Source: Methanomethylovorans hollandica DSM 15978
GTDB taxonomy: Archaea; Halobacteriota; Methanosarcinia; Methanosarcinales; Methanosarcinaceae
DNA: 22,010 nt
Direction of reading: 5' to 3'
NCBI RefSeq assembly: GCF_000328665.1
Contig: NC_019977.1
Span: 1,488,001-1,510,010, forward strand
The translations under genes were made by a program, and so were the position numbers. Positions 1 to 6,791 of the stretch are shown one piece after another. The notes below the pieces were generated by a model that worked only from the letters and a program-made list of their open reading frames with translations, was not told the DNA's origin and made no database searches. How positions within the stretch are numbered: the stretch's first letter is position 1; each line of letters opens with the position of its first letter.

Positions 1-380
1 TATACAAAGACTAGCAGCGATGGCAGATAGGCTGCTGCTCCGAAGAATACCATGAACATGCCAGTGAATATCAAAAAGACAGTGAAAACCACGAATGCTA
101 GATTAGAAGAGAGCGGCATCAATAAGGATATAACTGCAATAAACACACCTGCTACCACATAAGACTGTTCAGCAAGCATTCCTTCATTATTCATTTGACT
201 TAATATTGCATCTTTCTTTAGCCATCCAAAGGTAATACATAACATGAGAATCACAAAGTGATGTGCAGTAAATGGCTCCTCGACTACACTATTACGTTGT
301 GAAAAAAAGATTTTAATAATTGAAATTACTATGGAAATAGCAAGCCACATCAAGAGTTTGTTTTTCATGTTCTGATTCAT
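1..380 (-). CDS. Probable archaeosortase/exosortase-family multi-pass membrane protein, N-terminal part only (runs off the left edge)
   Basis: Not in the ORF track because it has no stop in the window. Manual translation from ATG at 380 (alternative 368): MNQNMKNKLLMWLAISIVISIIKIFFSQRNSVVEEPFTAHHFVILMLCITFGWLKKDAILSQM...FFGAAAYLPSLLVFV, open to position 1 with about four hydrophobic segments. PFTAHHFVILMLCITFGWLKK resembles the exosortase N-terminal H-x-F-hydrophobic-W-x-K/R pattern. It lies 2 nt downstream of the 383-823 stop, in an operon with a PEF-CTERM gene. Catalytic residues would be outside the window. Confidence 0.6.
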   Translation of the reverse strand, partial: MNQNMKNKLLMWLAISIVISIIKIFFSQRNSVVEEPFTAHHFVILMLCITFGWLKKDAILSQMNNEGMLAEQSYVVAGVFIAVISLLMPLSSNLAFVVFTVFLIFTGMFMVFFGAAAYLPSLLVFV

Positions 381-382
381 TA

Positions 383-823
383 TTACTCGTTATTAAATAC
401 AAAAAAGGCTTCTTCAAATGGTTCTGGCTTATCGTCCATATATACCACAAACTTTGCAACACGTAAAGTTGAGTTGATGGTTTGGTTTTTTGATACAGGT
501 ATCTCATTAGGCAGCACATCTCTTTGATAGAAAAAAGTCTTGCTTTTTTTAACAGTGACATTCAAACTATGCTTCAACTCTTCAGCATAATATGTATTTA
601 TCGAAAAATTATGGCTTATAGTATCATTGTTAGCAAGAAAAACAGATATTTTTGAATAATTGCCGTACAAATCATCATACATATCTATTCTACTTATTTC
701 AGCCACTGGCTTTGATGAACTTTCAGAGAGTCCTGAAAGTACGCCTTGGGCAAACAACACAATTATGCTTCCAAGAATTAAAAGAGATAAAATGTAGAAT
801 AATCTGATCTTATCTTTTGGCAT
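383..823 (-). CDS. Hypothetical N-terminally anchored extracellular protein, sequon-rich (146 aa)
   Basis: Single N-terminal hydrophobic helix, then a beta-rich domain with six N-X-S/T sequons (NYS, NDT, NFS, NVT, NQT, NST). Gaps to its neighbours are 1-2 nt. Confidence 0.8.
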   Translation of the reverse strand: MPKDKIRLFYILSLLILGSIIVLFAQGVLSGLSESSSKPVAEISRIDMYDDLYGNYSKISVFLANNDTISHNFSINTYYAEELKHSLNVTVKKSKTFFYQRDVLPNEIPVSKNQTINSTLRVAKFVVYMDDKPEPFEEAFFVFNNE

Positions 824-824
824 T

Positions 825-1310
825 TCAATAAACCGCCATATTACGACGTAATGTCAGATACAGAAAACCTACTATGAAAATTAATAAGCACGATCCGATT
901 GGAAACTCTGGAAGAGGGGCAACAATAAAATAAGCATCACTTTCTTCTTTAATTTTACCATTCATTTTATACTCTATAGCGTGAACACGCCATCTACCAT
1001 CTTTATCGAGACCCCCAGTATACAAACCAGCAGAGAATTTTTTATTATCAATAGTATCATCCTCAGTAAACCCTCTATATTCTATGGGACCTCCAATGGG
1101 ATCATAATACCAATGGAATACCATTCTTTTACCACTAGCATCGTCCACAGTTATCGTATCAATAATGTTTAAAGAACCATATATAAATTGTGTGGGCTCC
1201 TTGGGATCCATAGTTCCAGTGAATACATGAGTATGTGCAGCCTCAGCAACCGACACAAATCCCACTAAAACAATTAACAACAAAGCATACTTAAACAACT
1301 TCATTTTCAT
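825..1310 (-). CDS. Secreted surface protein with PEF-CTERM sorting signal (161 aa)
   Basis: Signal peptide ending AEA-A. The C-terminus PLPEFPIGSCLLIFIVGFLYLTLRR has the PEF motif, a TM helix and basic residues, the tripartite PEF-CTERM layout. ATGA overlap with the upstream gene. Confidence 0.85.
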   Translation of the reverse strand: MKMKLFKYALLLIVLVGFVSVAEAAHTHVFTGTMDPKEPTQFIYGSLNIIDTITVDDASGKRMVFHWYYDPIGGPIEYRGFTEDDTIDNKKFSAGLYTGGLDKDGRWRVHAIEYKMNGKIKEESDAYFIVAPLPEFPIGSCLLIFIVGFLYLTLRRNMAVY

Positions 1311-2008
1311 CCCACCTTCCCTATGATCAAAGCCACCTGAGTGAACACCATACCAATGAATATAACGAACAGTACTCCTGACAATCTGCCAAACCTTATA
1401 CGCAGGTCTCCTATGAACTTAAATGATTTTTGAGAGAGCGAAGGTTCTGTCAGTTCAAGATATATCAGTAATATAATCAGGACTATAGAGAAGATCACGC
1501 TTACATTGAGAGTTGAATTGTCTCCGAATGCCTGATCATAGTAGGCCATGGTGGTCATATAGCTCATTACTGACGTGGAGAACGATGCAAAGCTTACAAA
1601 ACTGCTCCAGACCTGTGGTGGGTATGCAGGCAGTGACATGTATTCATCATGGGTCTTTCCATCCATATTGGACTTTACTAAAAAGGTGATCTGTTCTCCC
1701 ATTTCCAGGGGATTTACATAAGTGTACTGATATTTTTTATTTGACAGAGGAGCCAGTTCCGTTGCACCCTCCATCATCAGTTTCCCGTTGGCATATAGTT
1801 CATAATCAGCTGAAGATGCCTGAAGGGACGGATTATTGAGATTGAAAGTAACTACTACAGGCACTCCTTCTGAGGGCACCTGGGGAAAGACAGACACGGA
1901 CACCGGAGCAGCAGCATCGTGTAAGCCAACAACCAGACTTGCCATTACCAGCACAGAAAACCATATTACAAGAGTCTTTGAAACATATTGCCTATCCGAA
2001 GATTTCAT
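1307..2008 (-). CDS. Hypothetical membrane protein: N-terminal TM/signal, beta-sandwich-like extracellular domain, two C-terminal TM helices (233 aa)
   Basis: The ORF track starts at TTG 2026. ATG at 2008 follows a GGTGG Shine-Dalgarno-like sequence and is the more likely start. Hydrophobicity read by eye. Confidence 0.75.
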   Translation of the reverse strand: MKSSDRQYVSKTLVIWFSVLVMASLVVGLHDAAAPVSVSVFPQVPSEGVPVVVTFNLNNPSLQASSADYELYANGKLMMEGATELAPLSNKKYQYTYVNPLEMGEQITFLVKSNMDGKTHDEYMSLPAYPPQVWSSFVSFASFSTSVMSYMTTMAYYDQAFGDNSTLNVSVIFSIVLIILLIYLELTEPSLSQKSFKFIGDLRIRFGRLSGVLFVIFIGMVFTQVALIIGKVG

Positions 2009-2058
2009 ATAACCACCATTCAACAACTTTACACTGTTTTTTAGTCTGTTACTACTAA

Positions 2059-2107
2059 TTTAATCAACTAATCTTATATCATTTTACCATTATTGTTTAA
2101 TCAACTA
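2059..2107 (-). promoter_or_regulatory. Candidate promoter of the leftward operon (AAAATGATATAAG on the minus strand) bracketed by a 12-bp direct repeat TTTAATCAACTA
   Basis: Identical 12-mers at 2059-2070 and 2096-2107, with a BRE/TATA-like element between them at about 2073-2085. Confidence 0.4.
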
Positions 2108-2543
2108 CCAGTATATTAACCTATCGTAATGCTTATATTATGTAGCAGTACCGATTTAATAAAATTAATATATTTAGTCATTATTGAGCGCAATAAGTCA
2201 GTAGTATATTATTTAAAAGAACATTTATAAAACGTTTAAAAATCAAGAAATAAAAGATGATACTATGAAGCAAAATGTTCCCGTACAATTATAGTTAAAC
2301 ACCGATGGTTTGTAACTTATGAATGCTAAAATCGCATTCAATAGATAGTGATGTTAATACCATAAGTTTCAAACAAATGGTTAATAACTATAAATTCCGG
2401 GATACCTCCAATTAATTCATATAATGATCTACTGAACAGTTTTATGTTTCACGAAATGGAGGCATATTCCAGTCATTTCCTGTCACACTATAGTGTAAAC
2501 TGTTGGTAACGTCAGGAAAATCATATACAGAAGAATTTTGTAA

Positions 2544-2579
2544 GGTTTTGTAGATCAAAACCAATACGGTTTTATAGAT
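2544..2579 (+). promoter_or_regulatory. Candidate promoter/operator of the CPBP-deacetylase-GT4 operon
   Basis: GGTTTTG-tagat-CAAAACC-aatac-GGTTTTA-tagat contains interlocking inverted and direct repeats. TATA-like TTTATAGA at 2571-2578 ends 20 nt before the GTG start at 2599 and no SD is visible, which fits a leaderless transcript. Confidence 0.5.
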
Positions 2580-2598
2580 TATTCATTTAGTAAACTCT

Positions 2599-3399
2599 GT
2601 GAAGCTAAAAAAAGTAGGGTTAAATGATCAACATGCTACTTTGTTCATAATAGGCATTTTTCTGGCGATCGTAATTGCAGAATATATTTTTACTTATCTT
2701 GATGCGGGGGAGGGAATAATCTTATGTCTGGGTCTGACGATCCTGATATATGTCATTATCTCTGTGATCGATATGAAGCAAGGCTTCATAAATTCGGCAG
2801 AATCCCTGGCGATCATTCCTCTTTATGTGCTTTTCACATCATCACTTCCCTGGTTCTTTATTAACCAGCAATTTCTCCTGCCAGCAGTATACTCACTGAT
2901 ATTGGCTCTGTGCTTCTGGCACATGCACGAAAAGAACCTCGAATTTCACGCTGTCGGGCTTAAAAGCAACAAGCTGTTAAAGTATGCCATGATAGGTGTA
3001 TTGATAGGGATCTTCACCGGTCCCATAGAATACTGGGTACTAAAACCGGCACCTTCTTTCCCGACATTCGAACTGAAATATCTGTTTCGGGATCTCGTAT
3101 ACATGACACTTTTTGTCGGCCTGGGGGAAGAACTTCTGTTCAGGGGCCTGATCCAGAACGATCTTATAAAAATATTTGGTACCAAAACAGGCATATTCGG
3201 ACAGGCATTTTTATTTGGGATAATGCACATGACATGGCGATCGCCCCTGGAACTTGTGTTCACCTTTTTTGCAGGGTTACTGTTCGGCATCTTATATCAC
3301 AGGACTGGCAGTTTGACCGCGCCCATCGTATTCCATGGAGTGAACAACACAATGCTGGTCTCGATAATACCATACTACTTCGCCGGGTTGCTCATCTGA
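2599..3399 (+). CDS. CPBP family (CAAX protease/Abi-like) intramembrane glutamic endopeptidase (266 aa)
   Basis: Motifs EELLFRG, FGIMH and HGVNN match the EExxxR, FxxxH and HxxxN motifs of the family. Multi-pass hydrophobic protein with a GTG start. Confidence 0.92.
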   Translation: MKLKKVGLNDQHATLFIIGIFLAIVIAEYIFTYLDAGEGIILCLGLTILIYVIISVIDMKQGFINSAESLAIIPLYVLFTSSLPWFFINQQFLLPAVYSLILALCFWHMHEKNLEFHAVGLKSNKLLKYAMIGVLIGIFTGPIEYWVLKPAPSFPTFELKYLFRDLVYMTLFVGLGEELLFRGLIQNDLIKIFGTKTGIFGQAFLFGIMHMTWRSPLELVFTFFAGLLFGILYHRTGSLTAPIVFHGVNNTMLVSIIPYYFAGLLI

Positions 3400-3400
3400 C

Positions 3401-4218
3401 ATGACAGGAACTAAAGTTTGCATCAGGATAGATATTGATACGGTAAGGGATACACAGGTCCTTCCGGTAGTGCTCGAAATACTTGACCAGTTTAACGCCA
3501 TGCCACATTCTTTGTCACAACAGGGCCGGACACTACCTTTAAGAACTACAGGAATTATCTGAACCCTCTCAGGCTGCTGCAGAAAAAAGCGATCCGACAG
3601 CATGGACTGCAACAAATGTTCAGGGGTATGGTGTACAAACAACAAGTCCAGGCATCTGAAAATCTGCAATTGATCATGGAACGTGACCATGAGCTTGGAC
3701 TGCATGGTTATTCCCACTATGAATGGATGAACACCCTTCCTAAAAAAACCGAAGAAGAGATCACTGAATGGATATCCAAAGGTTGTGCATATTTTGAAGA
3801 TGCATGCGGTTTTGTACCAAAGTCATTTGCATCCCCCGGTTTTGTAACAAGCAGCGAGTTTTTGGAAGCATTGGACGGGTTCAAATTTGATTATTCAAGT
3901 GATTTCAGGGGCACTGCAGCGTTTTACCCGCAGCCAAGCACCCGCCGCTTTCGAACATTGCAGTTGCCTGTATGTGAAAAGTCTTTCGGAGAACTGGAGT
4001 TCGAAGGCTATTCTCAGGATGAGGTCTATGGTATTTTCAAAAGCAGCCTTGACACAGCGCAGCACTTCTTCGTGTTCTACATGCACCCATCCTATGAACC
4101 TATACTGAACAGAGATCTTTTAATAAAAGTGCTGGAACATATCATTTCCTCTGAAGATCTGGAAATTATTACAATGCATCAACTGGCAAAACACATAAAA
4201 AAGAAGGGGTTTCCCTGA
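3401..4218 (+). pseudogene. Polysaccharide deacetylase (CE4/NodB fold, ArnD-like) interrupted by a 1-nt frameshift near 3497-3501; pseudogene or sequence error
   Basis: ATG 3401 reads MTGTKVCIRIDIDTVRDTQVLPVVLEILDQFNA and this frame stops at 3560-3562. The -1 frame continues HATFFVTTGPD...HELGLHGYSH...SFASPG...SSDFRG...YMHP to 4218. Joined, they give about 272 aa with the N-terminal RIDxDT motif and the metal-binding HxxxH. Confidence 0.85.
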
Positions 4219-5438
4219 GGATCCTGCAGATATATGAACTGGCACCCCATAAAAATGCAACATCAGGTGGTATAGAAGTTGCAATACTGGAAACATCCAG
4301 GGAACTTGTTGCCCTGGGCCATGAAGTAACTGTACTTACAGGTGCAAAGGACATGCCTCAAGAGCAGATAATAGATGGCGTGAAGATCATTAGCATTGAT
4401 ATCTGCAAAATAATGGAACGTACGTGGAATCCATCAAGCCTGACCCTGAAAAGACAGATATTGTTCCCGATAGCTGTCCTCTTTAACATGCCAGAGACCT
4501 TTGATATTTACCACGGACATATATATTCATCAGGATTGATCGCAAATTACCTTGCAAGGCGGTCAGGTGGTGTTGCCGTTAATACCATCCATGGTTCCTA
4601 TTATCCGATATGGAATAAACTTACCAATCCCATTGCTGCCCAATGCTACCGGATCGCAGAACGTATACTGGCACCGGCACTTGCGAAATTCTCCGATATA
4701 CAGTTGCACACCGGAGATTACTTTGCGCAACAGGTGATCTCCTGGGGTGCACCCAAACAAAAGATCAGAACCATACATAATGGTGCTGACATTACCAGAT
4801 TCAATCCACATATACCCCATGCAACGGTTCCGGATCATGTATCTATTGACCCTTCACTGCCAGTGATCCTCACAGCCCGCAGACTTGTCAGGAAAAACGG
4901 TATCGATTACCTGATAAGGGCAATGCGGTCAGTATGCAGGGAAGAAAAATGTCAGCTGGTTATCATAGGCGAAGGTGAAGAGCGTGATTCTCTGGAACGT
5001 TTAGCACATGAGTTGCATGTGCAGGATCACGTGCATTTTCTGGGGATGATACCCCATGATAAGCTTCCGCCATATCTGGCCCTTGCTGATATAGCGGTGG
5101 TGCCAAGCCTGGTAGAAGCATCCAGTATATTCATGCTGGAAGCAATGGCAATGGCAAAACCGATCATAGCGACCAATGCAGGTGGGCTGCCGGAGATCCT
5201 TCCTCCTTCTGCAGGCATATTTGTAGAACCCATGGATGAGATAGGGCTTGCAGATGCGATACTGGAACTATTACGGAACAAAGAAAAACGGCTGCAACTG
5301 GGAAAACAGGCATATCATCATGTACAAGATAACTACTCCTGGAAAGCTGTCGCACAGCAAATGGAATCCGAGTACATGAGATTATTGACCGAAAAAAAGG
5401 CACAGGCAGAACAATTACCTGATATTCCTTTTGTATGA
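4215..5438 (+). CDS. Glycosyltransferase family 4 (GT-B), probable CTG start (407 aa)
   Basis: The C-terminal domain has RLVRKNGIDYL, GEGEER and VPSLVEASSIFMLEAMA. The typical GT4 N-terminus (L/M)RILQIYEL...SGGIE...LVALGHEVTVLT lies in frame 46 codons upstream of the ORF-track ATG (4353). It begins at CTG 4215, overlapping the previous stop (CTGA) and following GAAGGGGT. Confidence 0.88.
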   Translation: MRILQIYELAPHKNATSGGIEVAILETSRELVALGHEVTVLTGAKDMPQEQIIDGVKIISIDICKIMERTWNPSSLTLKRQILFPIAVLFNMPETFDIYHGHIYSSGLIANYLARRSGGVAVNTIHGSYYPIWNKLTNPIAAQCYRIAERILAPALAKFSDIQLHTGDYFAQQVISWGAPKQKIRTIHNGADITRFNPHIPHATVPDHVSIDPSLPVILTARRLVRKNGIDYLIRAMRSVCREEKCQLVIIGEGEERDSLERLAHELHVQDHVHFLGMIPHDKLPPYLALADIAVVPSLVEASSIFMLEAMAMAKPIIATNAGGLPEILPPSAGIFVEPMDEIGLADAILELLRNKEKRLQLGKQAYHHVQDNYSWKAVAQQMESEYMRLLTEKKAQAEQLPDIPFV

Positions 5439-5521
5439 AAGCTTGTATGAAAAATACTGCAACCCAAAGACAAAATCAAATAAAAAAGAAATTGAAGTAG
5501 GAGGCAGTCATACCTGCTTTA

Positions 5522-6511
5522 TTAAAAGCCTAACCAGCTCAGGATCTGCCAGACATAATCTATTATGCTGTTTCTGTTAACCACTGGCTGTTCGTTAACA
5601 TCGTTGGCACTTACAATTTCTGCATTTGTCTCAGGAGTTGCCTGAAGCGTGACATTCTCAGCGGTCACATTCTCAGCGGTTACTATCTTTGCTTCGCCTG
5701 TACCACTGCTTCTGGATGTTTCTTGAACCTCTTCTTCTTCAATCAGGCCTGCACCATTGATTCCATCACCTGCGGTCTGGCCATTGCTGCAATCCCTTAA
5801 GGTCACTATTACTGTCTTATCTTTGACCTGCATTGTGTATTCACCTGCTGGTCTTTCTGTGCAGCATTCCTGAATGAAGTGACCTGTCTTGTCAGCCTTG
5901 ACTTCCAGGTACGCTATAAAAGTGAGCTTTACAGTTTCCACTTTATCTGTGGTCTGGTTATCTGTGGTCTGGTTATCTGTAGTCTGATTTGTTTCCTCAT
6001 CAACACAGTTGGTCACAGCACCTGATGCTCCGGCTGCGTTACCGCTGACCACAAGGTTATAATTACCCTTTGGAACTCGTGTTGACACACTAGCTTTGCC
6101 TGCAGATGCAGCAAAAGTTTTGGAGAGATCAAAACCGAATATGTTTGTGGTTATAGTAAGGTCTTGTACATCCTGTGCCTTGATAGTAGCTGTTGTACCT
6201 GGGGGTATGGCTATATTTTCTTGCTTGTATTCAAATTTACCATCTACGACTGGCACCTCTACCACATAAGTAGTAGTAATAGGCACATAATCTCCAGGGC
6301 CTACATCACCTTCAATGAGGATCGGACCGCTATCTACACACAGGTCAAGACCAGGACTTATTGTCAGGTTTTCTACAGGCCATGCAAGAGCACAACTTGC
6401 TGATAACAAGAGGATCAGCATTGCACTGACCAGCAGAACGGAAGTGCGGCCAAGCGATTTAGAACCGGGACTACACACATTATTAGAAATACTTAATGAT
6501 TTAATGTTCAG
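5522..6511 (-). CDS. Secreted/surface hypothetical protein with low-complexity sequon repeats and an amphipathic C-terminal tail; start CTG 6511 or GTG 6478
   Basis: Signal-like VLLVSAMLILLLSASCALA-W, a beta-rich body, (NQTTD)x3 and (AENVT)x2 repeats, and the C-terminus SIIDYVWQILSWLGF. A perfect AGGAGGT (6519-6525, minus strand) lies 7 nt upstream of the in-frame CTG at 6511. Confidence 0.8.
   Translation of the reverse strand: MNIKSLSISNNVCSPGSKSLGRTSVLLVSAMLILLLSASCALAWPVENLTISPGLDLCVDSGPILIEGDVGPGDYVPITTTYVVEVPVVDGKFEYKQENIAIPPGTTATIKAQDVQDLTITTNIFGFDLSKTFAASAGKASVSTRVPKGNYNLVVSGNAAGASGAVTNCVDEETNQTTDNQTTDNQTTDKVETVKLTFIAYLEVKADKTGHFIQECCTERPAGEYTMQVKDKTVIVTLRDCSNGQTAGDGINGAGLIEEEEVQETSRSSGTGEAKIVTAENVTAENVTLQATPETNAEIVSANDVNEQPVVNRNSIIDYVWQILSWLGF
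5649..5678. repeat. 15-bp tandem repeat x2 encoding AENVT
   Basis: gtgacattctcagcg followed by gtcacattctcagcg on the + strand. Confidence 0.9.
5943..5987. repeat. 15-bp tandem repeat x3 encoding NQTTD
   Basis: ttatctgtggtctgg x2 followed by ttatctgtagtctga on the + strand. Confidence 0.92.
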
Positions 6512-6791
6512 TTAAACAACCTCCTACTATTCTATTTATAGTAAATATATCCACCTATACATAAAGATATTCATACATTGCAAATAGAAGGCTAAAGTAA
6601 AATTATAACAATTTTGCTGAAATATTTACAAATTGTGCAGATCTATTAAAAAAGAGGTTTATCAAAATCCTCGTTGACTGAGTTTACTCTATTATGGCAT
6701 AAACCATATTTACCATAGCTTACAATCAGGTTAAACCAAATGGGGTATATTGTCAGGGGAACTTCCTGAAAATAAATTAAAGGTGACATAT

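Noticed and set aside
313..561. 82-aa minus-strand ORF in the track
   Set aside because: Out-of-frame shadow overlapping 383-823 and the 380-start membrane protein, with no recognisable features.
3490..3500. GTTTAAC as a programmed -1 ribosomal frameshift site
   Set aside because: It is not an X-XXY-YYZ heptamer in the reading frame, the -1 frame has TAA at 3493-3495, and no clear downstream stimulator is visible. A simple 1-nt deletion explains the data better.
3616..4218. Deacetylase as an intact 200-aa gene starting at ATG 3616
   Set aside because: It would lack the N-terminal catalytic Asp motif, which is encoded upstream in another frame.
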